This document shows, in pieces, positions 1 to 12,391 of a stretch of 64,000 bases of DNA. The position numbers and the translations under genes were made by a program. This stretch comes from Macrostomum lignano (taxonomy: Eukaryota). The notes beneath the pieces are model-generated. The model worked only from the letters and a program-made list of their open reading frames with translations, did not search any database and was not told where the DNA came from. The DNA is taken from positions 1-64,000 of the forward strand of contig NIVC01000832.1 of NCBI GenBank assembly GCA_002269645.1. The letters run 5' to 3'. Numbering within the stretch: position 1 is the first letter of the stretch; the number at the start of each line of letters is the position of its first letter.

Positions 1-325
1 AGTTGTCAATGAAAATATACTAAAAATTAAATCTAAAATTAAAATTAAAATTAAAATTAAAATTATAATTAAATCCAAACTTTAGGTGAAGAAACGGGGC
101 GAGGACAGTAAGGCATGGCTTCCCCCACTTTTTTAAGTGGGAAGCAGCAATGGTATCTGGCCATCCACATTTTGCACTTTTTTGGCTTATTTTTTTACTC
201 TTACTTTTGGTTTTTACTGCTTTGCACACATGCATTTGCTGCAGGGCAACAAATCAGCGCCTGCAGCGCGAAATTGTAAATAAATAAAAATAAACAAATT
301 AATAAAAACGCCGCCTTTGAAATAC

Positions 326-1080
326 GAATATCTGGAAAGCAGATTAAGCTAGACACACGATTCTTTCTGCGGGTGACACCGACTGGCACACTCTAATGAT
401 GTGTACAATCTCATATCTGAGTCTATTGATACAGCTTGGCAATTTCTGATTGATTTTCCTGGATTTCCCCATTTAAATGTATAGGAATTTTCCGGAATCT
501 CCGCCTGCGAATATCTGGAAAGCAGATTGAGCTAGACACACGATTCTTTCTGCGGGTGACACCGACTGGCACACTCTAATGATGTGTACAATCTCATATC
601 TGAGTCTATTGATACAGCTTGGCAATTTCTGATTGATTTTCCGGATTTCCCCATTTAAATGTATAGGAATTTTCCGGAATCTCCGCCTGCGAATATCTGG
701 AAAGCAGATTGAGCTAGACACACGATTCTTTCTGCGGGTGACACCGACTGGCACACTCTAATGATGTGTACAATCTCATATCTGAGTCTATTGATACAGC
801 TTGGCAATTTCTGATTGATTTTCCTGGATTTCCCCATTTAAATGTATAGGAATTTTTCGGAATCTCCGCCTGCGGATATATGGAAAGCAGATTAAGCTAG
901 ACACACGATTCTTTCTGCGGGTGACACCGACTGGCACACTCTAATGATGTGTACAATCTCATATCTGAGTCTATTGATACAGCTTGGCAATTTCTGATTG
1001 ATTTTCCTGGATTTCCCCATTTAAATGTATAGGAATTTTCCGGAATCTCCGCCTGCGAATATCTGGAAAGCAGATTAAGC
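326..1080. repeat. Tandem repeat, ~183-bp unit, ~4.1 copies
   Basis: TCTGGAAAGC recurs at 331, 514, 696, 879 (variant) and 1062 (periods 183/182/183/183); units are near-identical. Confidence 0.95.
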
Positions 1081-1205
1081 TGAGAGTGAGAGAGAACAGA
1101 GTGAGAGAGAACAGCGAGAACAGAGTGAACAGAGTGAGAGAGAACAGAGTGAGAGAGAACAGAGTGAGAGAGAACAGAGTGAGAGAGAACAGCGAGAACA
1201 GAGTG
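1081..1205. repeat. GA-rich minisatellite, ~13-bp unit (GAGAGAACAGAGT)
   Basis: Directly visible; produces the spurious RENRV ORF. Confidence 0.9.
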
Positions 1206-1316
1206 ATCGAGTTTATCGAGTCGGATTCAATTGAAAATCAATCTAGAAATGATTTCCTACACGACTGAGTTGGTTTTATGATTTCAAATGATTTCCACTC
1301 GAACTTATTAACCTTT

Positions 1317-1711
1317 TAGTCTAGTCAGATTAGTCTAGTCAGATTAGTCTAGTCCGATTAGTCTAGTCACATTAGTCTAGTCACATTAATCTAGTCAGAT
1401 TAATCTAGTCACATTAGTCTAGTCGCATTAGTCTAGTCAGATTAGTCTAGTCAGATTAGTGTAGTTACATTAGTCTAGTCAGATTAGTCTAGTCAGATTA
1501 GTCTAGTCAGATTAGTCTAGTCACATTAGTCTAGTCACATTAATCTAGTCACATTAGTCTAGTCAGATTAGTCTAGTCAGATTAGTGTAGTCACATTAGT
1601 CTAGTCAGATTAGTCTAGTCAGATTAGTCTAGTCAGATTAGTCTAGTCACATTAGTCTAGTCACATTAATCTAGTCAGATTAGTCTAGTCAGATTAGTCT
1701 AGTCACATTAG
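1317..1711. repeat. 14-bp minisatellite (ATTAGTCTAGTCA[G/C]), ~28 copies
   Basis: Directly visible tandem array. Confidence 0.95.
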
Positions 1712-2771
1712 CTTAATAGTCAGTCCCGCCAGCCGCCACTGATAGCCGTCTATGAGAGCAATCTGAAACGATGAAAACGTGGATGAGTAAAATGACTGAC
1801 TTTGAAATGTAAATGAAATCTAAACCTCAGCCCCAACTAATATTTAATATGATGCAATGTCTGTCTTATAGCTATGGCGGATGTCTAGTCAACGTGTGAC
1901 AAACTGCTGCCGTTTTCTCTTGCAAAGAGAAAGAGTCGGTCTTTACCATCAGGTCTTTAATTCCAGAAAGTCCTATACGTAAAACTATATTGCTATTGTC
2001 TTCAAGCGTAAGTGTCGAGACACACGCGATACTACTTTTCACACAGCAAAGTAGTGAAATGCGTATATTTTAAGTGTTGCCTTACTATGTCATGAAATTT
2101 TCTAATTTCAAGGTCCATCATGGATGAATTAAGAATTAGTGAAACATTAAGAATTAAATGCCTGCACAAAAATGAAAACTTAAGCACCACAGTTAGGCCC
2201 TTCTGTGCTCATAGAATGCTGCTAATTGAAACGCTTAAAATAGACCCTATTATGCGAATACAAAACTAGCGTCTTCTAGCGTCCGGTGGGCGAACTTGAG
2301 GGCGGATTGTAAGACACAAAACCTAAAGCACAAGCATTTACGAAAATATGACATGTTTACTTATTCTGTCTTCGCTCTACGAACTTAAAAACTATTTTAA
2401 AGCATCCCGGATTTTTATTCAGAAATTTTGGGGCGACTCGGGGCGGACGTCGTACGACGTCGCCCGGATATTTTTTTCCACTGGGTATGGCTAAGAAATA
2501 AGAATGCCAGATTCTTAGTCTCTTGCAGGCTTTGACTGGCTCTCTCTGTCTCGCTGCTATCATGCTATCACTATTCTATGCTATGCCATATGCCTAATGA
2601 GAAAATTCAGGAAAAAATTCGTTTTTCGGTTTCAAAAAGTTTTGTAGATGTTTAGAAACTTAACAAATATAAAAAATAATAATAACTAGTAAAACAAAAT
2701 GAAAACTGGTTGAAGTTGATATAAAAATTTTCTTTTATAACAATAAACAGTTAAAAACTTTTTTTTTGTTA

Positions 2772-2932
2772 TGGCTACCAATTACGGCAAGTCTAAAAAA
2801 ATCTCCGTAATCCGTAACCGTAACTGTAAGCTCAAAATATGTCCGTAACCGTAATCCATAATGAAAAATGGCTTCAAAAGTGTCATAGCCATAATTTGCC
2901 GTAGCCGTAGCCATAATTACGGCAGAACACTA
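2772..2932. mobile_element. Probable right end of a non-autonomous hAT-like DNA transposon
   Basis: Ends in ...GGCAGAACACTA (reverse complement TAGTGTTCTGCC, hAT-style terminus), with clustered CCGTAA/CCGTAG subterminal motifs. No partner end found. Confidence 0.35.
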
Positions 2933-4390
2933 CAATACATTTTAGCTTTGAAATTTGATTTCAATTTTGATATGGCCTATTCCAAATTGTGGCAAAAGTG
3001 CAGTTTCGTATGCAAAATTATTTTTCGTTTAAATTTGAAAGTTTAAAACCAGAAAACAATAACAACAAAAAAATTGATGTTTTAGACCATTCTAACAATT
3101 CCAGGGTCAGGATTGTGTACCACTGTATGCCGGAACGAAAATAGCTTCCGTAGCTCATGTATGCCAATGTATGCCAACAAACTTTTTATTGCATACAAAA
3201 ATATGCCAAAATAAAAATTAACTATTTTTGTATTACTTTCACTTTCTTGGAAAGGTTAAACCCAGTTTTTTAAATTTAATTGCCTTTTTTTTGTAATGGG
3301 CCGGACATTCGTTCTGATTAAAATTTAGCTACTGTAACTATGTACATGGAAACTATGCCAAATGCAAACTTAATCATTTTTGCATGCTAATTATGTAGAT
3401 TAATTGTTAGGACTCAGAACTTTTGGTCCCACCTGCTGGTCTTGGCAATCTCTATACGCCAAGCCGTATGCCAATAGGGCATGCCAGGCGCCTTTGTACG
3501 CCAAGTTGTACGCCTATGTGTAATCTAGGTCCCCCTGTATGCTGGAAAATTCCGGCGTACATGTATACCATCTGGAGTCTGGTAACGATTGTGGCAGAGT
3601 TTTTAGCTCCCTGGTTGCCAAACTTGCCAACTCGTCATTGTGTTCTAGTGGCGGATACAGAGCTTGTCACTGAGCACTGTAGTAGTGGCAAATTTAGAAA
3701 AGCATGTTTCCAAAAGCCTTATTTGCTCCAAACAGTTGGTGCCACATAAACTCCTAGATGTGGCCCTCAAAGAGGGCATTGCTTGTTCCATGCATGGCCC
3801 TGAATTTGGCCTTGCAATGTGCCCACGTTCCCTCAATTGTGTTGGTGTGGAGAGTCACATCATTTGGGTCCACGAAATAGAGTCAATGGTTCACGACACC
3901 GTGGTCTACGTGGCCACCAACTATATTTGCCACTTGGTTGTAGGCTTGCCAACCATCAGTCAAGACCCATGTGCCAGGCAGGACCACAGATACTATAAAC
4001 ACTAGATAGGCCACTCCAGCTAATTTTCACAACACGACAGTTTACTCTACTTTCTGCTTAGTAGTAGTAAAAGAATTTTAGCGTTATTAAAATTTTTTAA
4101 ATAAAAAACAATGAATGCAATGCAGCAATTGTATTGATTGTATTTGCAAAAATAAATTTATAATTATACTTTCTACAATTCAAAGCAATATTGTGAATGC
4201 TTTAGATTGCATTGAAGGCTATATTATTCCAGTCAACTATGTATAGCAAATACGAGCTATATCATATACTCCATATTCGTGTAGCAAAATAGAAAGATTT
4301 CTTATCTTAATCAGCTCATCTGTTTGTGAAACTTTCGCAGCGTGCTGTCGAAGCACTGGGTCGCCAGTTGCCTTTGTTCAGAGGCAGCAT

Positions 4391-5190
4391 TCAGCACGGC
4401 CCAACAGATGAAAAAACTGGCGAATGCGCCTCTTCAAGGTCCAGGGATGTATCCAATGGAGAGCCAATCCTCAGTGGTTTTGTAACAGGCAGCCGATAAG
4501 CTTCATAGGCAGCAGGACTTTTGTGGTGCAGCTGCAATGAGCTGCTAATGAGATGACATCCTTTGACCAGAGCACCCCTGACTGCGAGCGCCCAGTCGAC
4601 CGCTGGAAGCTGCGCTAGCCACGCCTCTACAGTCCATGGATGCACGACTGCGCTGCACTTGCCTTGACCATCGAGAGTTGCTTCTGCAGCCGCTTGATTT
4701 GCCTGTCGCTTTTGGGATCGCCACTGCAGCCGCTTGATTTGCCTGTCACTTTCGGGATCGTTGCTGCAGCCGCTTGATCGTTGCCTCTAGCGCTTGGAAC
4801 CCGCAAATCGGCTGCAGAGGTGAGAGCTTTCAGCCGCAACAGCTGTTCTTGGCGCAGAATCTGGTAGCCGAAGGTTGCTCTGCCACAGCACTGGCAGCAG
4901 GCAAGTCGCAGGCTCGGCTGCAGATAGATTGCTAATTGGCCCCAGCACTGGAGGGTACATGTCGTCTGCCTCTTCATCGTTTATCAGTCCTTTGCACAGA
5001 GGGTAGCTGGTCTTTTTGAACGAGCCGAGGCAGCAATAACAGCATCAACTCTTGGTGTGGGATTGCATCCCAGCGAAAACAGATGTCTTGCCGTGGCACT
5101 TTGTAAGGCAGCAGTAGGCCTCGTCCATAAAGTGCAAGCTGAACACACGTAGGCCCCGTGATTTAATTGTTTATAAAGGTCAATATCCAC
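4391..5190 (-). pseudogene. Degenerate ORF fragments, possibly the N-terminal part of a P-element/THAP9-like transposase
   Basis: Coiled-coil-like DRQIKRLQKQL followed by SLQLHHKSPAAYEAYRLP, resembling the 'L..SP.AY..LR..LP' segment of P-element transposases. Broken by stops and frameshifts. Confidence 0.3.
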
Positions 5191-5828
5191 GCTCCTGCAG
5201 TAGCTGCTGCCAGCGCTTCGCCAGTGTCATCTTTTGGTAATTTATGCATTCGCAACAGATTTTCCTTCTCGGATGTTAATAGCACAGAGCTCGTGCAAGT
5301 GGGAGCACAGCAGTGGTTCGAATCAAAACATTTCTACGAGTACGAGATTTGATAAAAAAGCTAGTATGCACTTGAACTTTCTTTAACTCTGACTCTTGTC
5401 CTGTTTATCTATATAAGCTTGTATTTAATGCACGATTGGCCACCCCCAAATTTTCTAACCCACAACCTCTCAACCCCCACACCTAACCCAGGCTAGCTAT
5501 GTGCAGTCCTTTATCTTCTATCCCACCACCAGTGGGTCTAAATTATCGATCCACTCACCCTGCCTTATACGAAACTGATATTAATCCTATTCCTGACTAC
5601 CCCCTTCCTCCACTTTGAAAGATGGCGGCATTGTACACTGTCTGTCGTGTCTTAATGTACACCATTACTGCACAAAACAAGTTAGTTGTTTATGGCGTTA
5701 GCAAAACGATGTCTCAAAAAACAGTCACTCGATTTGTCTAATTTAGCAAATAGTACTGTTGCTTCCTTTCATTGCTACTAAGCAGAAATTAAAATAAAAA
5801 ACTTGCCCAGAAAATTAGCCTGAGTGGC

Positions 5829-6452
5829 CTATCTAGTGTTTATAGTATCTGTGGGCAGGACAAACTGCTGGATTATAGGAAGCAGTGTCTGAGCAGACCT
5901 ATCAGGCACAACAACCATCACACACTTGAGGCTACCCCTTTCTACCATGCCAAGGACCCAATGACCCTCACGGTATGCACCCTGCTGGTATTTGCAATGA
6001 AAAAAATTGCTTTCATCGATTGCAACAGTAGTGCCAAGTCCACCAAGTTGCATCGGGTGGTCAATGAAGTACTGGCAGCAAATGTCCCTGACAAAGTTAA
6101 GCCAGTCCACAGCCATATGATCGCTAATGCGACACTCGTGCATCACGGCCATCTTGGTCTCATTCCTGGACCAGCAGTACAGCAAGGTGACAAGCTGCTG
6201 CAATGTCAGGTGACTACGCTCGAAGAAAGAGTCCTTCCTGATGCTTTGCTGACTGCGGCAAGTCTTGCAGTCCCAGGCCCAGCCATCTACGAAGCGATCA
6301 CCAGTTCGACGCTGCAGGTTCATGGGGGTCTGGGCTGGACAGGAGCATGTACGTTGGTTGCCGATAAGCCCAACCTTGGCCATCCAGCGCATTGTATCCT
6401 CCGGCGTTGCCGTGGCAGACATCAGGTCACGCGCATTTAGCTCTAGTTGCAC
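5829..6452 (-). pseudogene. Merlin (IS1595/ISXO2-like) DDE transposase, 3'-truncated
   Basis: Zn-ribbon CSC...WDCKTC..SIRKDSFFERSHL, then LGGLGTTVAIDESNF...HWVLGMVER...VPDRSAQTLLPIIQQFVLP; stops where 'GTTIISD' would follow. Confidence 0.9.
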
Positions 6453-8576
6453 TTAACACTAAGGGCTTGACCATGGAACTGCAGCCGAAAAGTGCGGATA
6501 ATGATGCACAACAGATTGATTAAACATGGGGGAGAAAGTAGCTTGTACGAAGCGCCGACAGTCGCCTCAAGCCACCAGTGACAATAGCATGCCAAATTTG
6601 GGCTTGTGCGCACAAGGCAGCACGCACGTGAGAGAGGGTTCAGCTCGGGACACGGGGTCCGCGAAACCGTCAGTCTAAAAATAGGATGACGCATGGGGAG
6701 AGGCTCGGACGCAGGAGGAACGAGAGAGCAGAAGGGGAGAGGGTCCAGAGAGCGCACAAGGGGAGGAGTGCGGCTAACTAGACTTGCGTACACTGAGCGA
6801 TTGTACGCGGCAGGCCAGGCAACAACAGTACAGGTAAGCGCCAAATTTGGCGGCTTCCACTAACTAACCCTAGGCTAGGCAAAACTTCCTAATTTCCTAT
6901 GTTGAAGATTGCGCCATATTGTGCAACTTCTGAGCGCCAAGGAAGGCTGCTTAGAGTGCATGGAGGCAGCAGAAAAATTCCTATTCCAGATACTAGCAGC
7001 GGACAGCAGTGCCTAAGATGTGACTGCGGCCCTATGCTTTCAGCAGAAGGCTGCGGCCACATCAAATGGAAAAGATCGGGTACGAGCTACACCGGGTGGT
7101 GACGAAAATAGCACCGGGTGGATCCCAGGGAAAAGCACGGAAAAACAAAACTAAGCCAGGGGGTGGGAAGGAAAGTTACATTGAGTGTCACAGATTTCCA
7201 CGCCGGGAATAACGGTTCATTGAGTCATCCAGCCGGTGGATTACGCGCAGTGGGAGGCCGTGCCCGCGCCTACCACAAAACTATTATTTAGCGTTTCGCG
7301 TAAATTTGATTTCTAAGAAAGGCTACAATATTATTCGATTATACAGCTATTACATAGAAAGAAAATTCGAGCATATTATCATATAGGTATATAATTAGCA
7401 CTAGTACAAATTATTTAGAGGATGGAAATCTGACACTAACTTTGTATAATTGCAAGTTTTTATAAAGGAGAAATAGACTTGACACTTATTTTGTTATTGT
7501 GTATGTGTAAATGTCAAATATAGCAATGCAAAAAGGTCATTTATTGTTGCAGTGCAGAAATAGGGTTGCATAATTTTGAAATTTTGGCATATATATCAGT
7601 CACGTTTATACTTTTTGGTGTATTTGGTATATACAAATTTTGCACTAAAAAACTCTGGCGTACACTGGATACATTCTTGACAGTAGTGTAGATCTGTTAA
7701 TCTTAGGGAGATAGAGATCTGTTAATCTTAGGGAGATAGATCCCATATTATAGAATTATATTAACCAAAGAACATTTTCTTTAGCTTTTGTTGTAGATAT
7801 ATATTAACAAAATAAAGCAAATAAGGTCCAGCCTAATGCACAATCAATACCTTGTTGCTTAGATTATGCATCAAACTTTTCTTGTAGGCCTAATATACTA
7901 TGATAATATTAATGACTTTTGGTTAAATTAATAGATTAATAGATTTAATAGATTAGCAGCCATTAAATTGAAAATCAATTGTAGAGACTGGACATAACAA
8001 GCTGTTAAAACCTGCGGATTTTGAACCTGGGAAACTCCAATCCCCGGAACTATTTTTGCATTTATTCTAAAATATGAAGTCATACAAAAAGACTTAATAG
8101 TTAGTATAGAAGGTGTAAACGAAACTTGATATAAATGTGTATTAAAAAGTATATTTCTAGAATAGAATAAAACAGAACAGAATAGAATCTAAGACTACAC
8201 AAATGCTTACAGCAGGACAGTATAGAATCTATCTGAATATTTTTAAGTAAGGATGTTGTTTAAGTAATATGTTGTAATATGTTTAAGTAATATGTTGCTT
8301 TCAAGCATAACAACAAAAAAGCGGTGCAGCAGTTGCTGTCTAAGACTAAGTGAAAAAATTGTACTCTTTAAGTATTCAAGAGAAACTAAGCAGAGTAAAT
8401 ATGCAGGACAATAGCTAAACCAATAAGGAACATATTTGGGGAGTGATAAAATAATATATTTTAGTATTGAAGCAGCAAATTAACAGTAGAAGTACCAAGC
8501 TTTATTCTACCAAGTTTCTTTGCAAATCAATATTCTAGTTCTAGTCCAGTCTGGAGGGAACAGTACTTGACTCTTG

Positions 8577-9272
8577 TGTCACGGTTTTGTAGTCGTTGTA
8601 GTCCCAAATTAATGGTGAAGTCAACTCTTGCGGAGTGGATTGTGTAGCGGTAGCACTTGGCGTATGATGGCAGAGGACTGCCGTAAACTGTTTATTGTCG
8701 TTTGTCAATACGATTAATGTCAATACAAGAGTTATAGCGTTCTGGGGCACTGGCGGCTGCAACAACGGGTTGATGTAATTTAAGTTATGAAGTCAAGCAG
8801 ATGATGGATGATGGTGAAACAAAGTAGCAAGTGATAAAGCTGAGTACGGTGGTGGCGGTGAGTACAAGTAGACAAGTAGTGGCGTGATTGGGCGCTAGCC
8901 GTGGCAGTACAAGGTGGAGCACGAATGCGTTAACAAGTCTGGCCCAGACAGGGTGGGGCCGTGGCGAGAGATAAGGAGAGACAAGCGAGAGGGAAAGAAG
9001 GAAAGGAAGGAAGGGGTGAAACCCCCCCCCCCAGCCCGCCGCCAGGCGGGGTTAATAAAGGAGCGCAGGGAGGTTAGCATAATAAATGCGGAGAGTTATC
9101 ATTGGCTGCGGGGGAAAAGCGAGAACTGAAATTATTAATCGCGCGAGACCCTACAGACGTACGCAAAGATTACAATGTACGCAATGATTAGCACCAATGA
9201 TTACCACCAATTGTAGTGAAATTGTAGTCCAACGGCCCTTTTGCGGGACCACCTTAAACTGACTACGTCACA
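8577..9272 (-). mobile_element. Solo LTR (696 bp) with 4-bp TSD CTTG
   Basis: Termini TGTCACGG...ACGTCACA; CTTG at 8573-8576 and 9273-9276; homologous to 44553-45358 (shared GGCACTGGCGGCTGCAACAACG and AGTCCAACGGCCCTTTTGCGGGACCAC). Confidence 0.85.
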
Positions 9273-9482
9273 CTTGCTACGTCACACAGCAAAAATAGTA
9301 CTTGAGTTCGTGTTCTGTGGTTCGTCCACTCCGGCAAAAAGTTTCAAAAAACTTAGCTAGAAAAAAAATTAAATAGGGGAACTTGGTACGTCTGCTGCTG
9401 GTAAATGTAGCTCTTAATAAAATTAATAAATAGAGAAAATTTCAGTTTAAAGATACACTCATGTCAGTGAAGTGAATATAGT

Positions 9483-9790
9483 TCAGTTGTAACAACTTTC
9501 ACAGATGTTTATTGCTGTGCCTAAGGATACACCGGATTCATTTGTTCTCACCCTGAGAGCAAGGATGAAGAGGCTAGCTGGAGTTCCAACGCGTGAGCAT
9601 GCAATATAAAGTCCGCCATGTGAGAAGCAGGGTGATTCCAAGTTGATTCCGGCTACCTTTAGCGACTGTCCTTGAACTTTGTTTATGGTCATGGCAAAGC
9701 AGACCTTCACTGGGAACTATACTCGCTTGAATTGAAAAGACAGGTCTAATGGAATAATTGGAATTCTTGGAATAAACACAAACTGCCCTT
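9483..9790 (-). pseudogene. Helitron PIF1-helicase C-terminal fragment
   Basis: GQFVFIPRIPIIP...[49 protein letters not shown] (helicase motifs V/VI). Confidence 0.9.
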
Positions 9791-10308
9791 TGCCGGATCC
9801 TGTCACAATTGTTGCCTCAAGGTGGAGTGTTCGGTGGTCGCTGACCTTGCTGCACCATGTTTTCCTTGGTGAAGTACACTCTTTGACCAGTGTTATCGGA
9901 TTCAGCGCGCAGGAATGTCATTCCCGCACTCGTTCGCGTGCCGGAATGCAACTGTCTATGGTAAAAACGCCATTGAAATCAAGTAGAAAATCAGTGCAGG
10001 AATGATGTGCGATTCTTGCACTATAAAGAAAACAGAACATTAATTATACAGTATATTTAGTTCATTTAAATTCTCATTACGCACACCTCGTATGAAAATT
10101 ATAAGGTTTCAATATTAGCAGCAATGTGCAATTCAATTAAATAGGTATATAGACTAAAGCACGAATTCACTGTGATCTAGCTAATTAACAGCTGATTAAT
10201 AGTAACTAACAAATAAGAACAGTTGTAGCTCATTTTAAGATTGTTATTCAAATACTATATAATCATACTCTTGTATTACTATACCAAACTATACTAGTCG
10301 TACATATA

Positions 10309-11875
10309 CTAGCGTACTAAAAGAAAGTATGTGAAACCACCAACGTGCAAAGCGATATTTCCTAGTAGCTTTAACTCAGTCTCAAAACAAAGTGCAATAG
10401 TCGAAATGAAACTCAACGGTGTTTGTCTCACCATTAGCAATGATCTTTCATTTTCCTCGTTAAAGCGGCCGAAAGTTAGCGTTTCGGGAGCACCATGCTT
10501 CTCAATGCGCTTCGCGTTACTAGAGGCATCAACCGGAACCGCCGGTACACCAGAGTTGGGCTTGTCCGTGTCGGTCAGCGCACGCGTGAGTTGGCAGCTC
10601 ATGCTGGCAATAGTCGCCTGCCTCTTCTTCCCACGTCAGATATAACGCTCCACAGACGTAGATACCTGGAGAGCACGCGTGTTGTTGCAGAATTGTGTAC
10701 TTATGAATCTACATTAAATAAAGTCTTTCTATATACACACGTATAAGAAATTAAAATGTACATTATATACATAAAAGTAATATTCGGCACACACCTTATG
10801 TTCAGTAACCTTTGCAATTGTCTCCATTGGAAAACCAGCTTCGTGAAGGGTTATAACAACCGTCGGCCGGACGCAGTGCGCAGTGTACATTTTGGAGAGC
10901 CGAGGATTAGCGGAGATCGTCTTTAGCATGGGGCCTAATGTGTTCACGCCAACCGGCTGTTTCGTATACCATACACCGTCAGGGCTGATGCGATTCTTTG
11001 GCCTCTGAAAAAAAATCGTGGCCGTTCCATCCTAGAGTCTCGGCGATCTTAGATTGATACAGCAGAAAGGCCTCAACTGGACAATTTGATGCCACTGGCA
11101 TTGCCACCATCATCGCTTCCTTGTTGTTGTCGCACTCCTTCATGTCTGTAGAACCTCTAACATTTTTAGATGTACCACATTGCAAACCAATGGCCACGGA
11201 GCCGTCAGCAAATGTCGTCTTGCTGAATGACTGCACAGAAATTCCACGTAGCCATTCGCGGCCCTGATTGCCAAAATAGTACAACAAATTAAAGTACACC
11301 TCTTCCTGCAGACGCAAAGGACTAGACCTGTCGAAGTAGGCAGCCAACTTGTTCATGTCGTCAGATTCGATAGCTCTATAATGCCAGATTCAACCTCCAT
11401 TTTTCAGATAGGCGTTGCACACATGCTTAATCATTAGATTAGCCGCGTGGAAAGTCGGATCAGTAATGATGTTGAGTCTACGTAACTTCATAAGGTAACG
11501 AAAGAGAGCAGCTCGAATACCAACCATCGTGTTGGGTGAATAAAAGGTGCCATCAGGTTTTCGCTGGTTTGCATAGAAGTAACGGACGTACTTAGCTATC
11601 TCCTCTGCTATAGCCTCCTTGAAGTCCAAGCATAGATGGTTATCAGTCAACCAGATAGTGAACCTCTTCATGATCGCCACTTCCTTGGAGACGCTTGACT
11701 TGGACTCATTCTCTCTCGCCATCTGCTGAGCCAGTTCCTCCAGCTTGTCGAGGTTACATAAAGCCTCTGGCTCCGTAGCCAGTAGCTTCTCCAATTGTTC
11801 GTCGGTGCCAATAACCTCCAGTGACTGTGCCAATACTTCTTCACTCTCTCGCTCGAATTTGCTTTCTGTAGACAA
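10309..11875 (-). pseudogene. Crypton-type tyrosine recombinase (DUF3504-like), spliced, degraded
   Basis: YFYANQRKPDGTFYSPNTMVGIRAALFRYL; LQEEVYFNLLYYFGNQGRE; CPVEAFLLYQSK; WYTKQPVGVNTLGPMLKTIS..YTAHCVRPT..TEHK; after a GT-AG intron (10794-10666), VSTSVERY carries the putative catalytic Tyr. Confidence 0.88.
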
Positions 11876-12089
11876 AACGGCTACAGCGTCCGTCGAAACT
11901 CCGAGGAATGCATATGTCTATGGCACAACCCTTTTGAAATCTGACGAAATAAAGCTTTCGACGATACTCGGGCTTGTGATTCTATCTTTGGTTTAAGTGT
12001 CTATGGTCTCGTATTACTGGTCTCGGTTTAATTGTCTATGGTCTCGTATTACTCGTGCTACGCGCACTCGTGCTTTTGCCATTGACGCA

Positions 12090-12391
12090 CTCTTTAGAGT
12101 GCGGAAATATACCATTCTCCAGGTGCACGCTGAGGTGCACTACGGTTGGGTAGTGTTCATGAATTGAGAAACCAAAAATTCGCCACAGCTTCATTTGAAC
12201 TGATGTACCATCCACTCTCATAGCAAGCCACCTCATCGCGCTCAGCTCCTTGCCTTTCAAGGGCAAACACTGCCTGGTCGCTGCCCTTGTTGACATACTT
12301 GCAAATGTACTTGATTGACTTGACTGAGTTGCAGTATTTAACATTGATGTGTGCGTTGAACTTTTGACAGGAGTGGGCAGTAGGGAATGAC
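12090..12391 (-). pseudogene. Helitron Rep fragment (downstream part)
   Basis: VIPYCPLLSK/FNAHINVKYCNSVKSIKYICKYVNKGSDQA...ISSNEAV/WRIFGFSIHEHYPTVVHLSVHLENG, with frameshifts. Confidence 0.9.

Noticed and set aside
2446-2488. 16-bp palindrome GACGTCGTACGACGTC near a CCCAGTGG-type end
   Set aside because: Probably a subterminal feature of a non-autonomous DNA transposon, but no partner TIR or TSD was found.
5961-6440. 159-aa plus-strand ORF, and similar antisense ORFs over pol, PIF1 and MULE
   Set aside because: Antisense shadows of recognised transposon genes with no independent motifs.
7221-7233. TGAGTCATCCAGC shared with the Maverick hairpin loop
   Set aside because: Only 13 bp, includes a common AP-1 motif, and has no flanking similarity.
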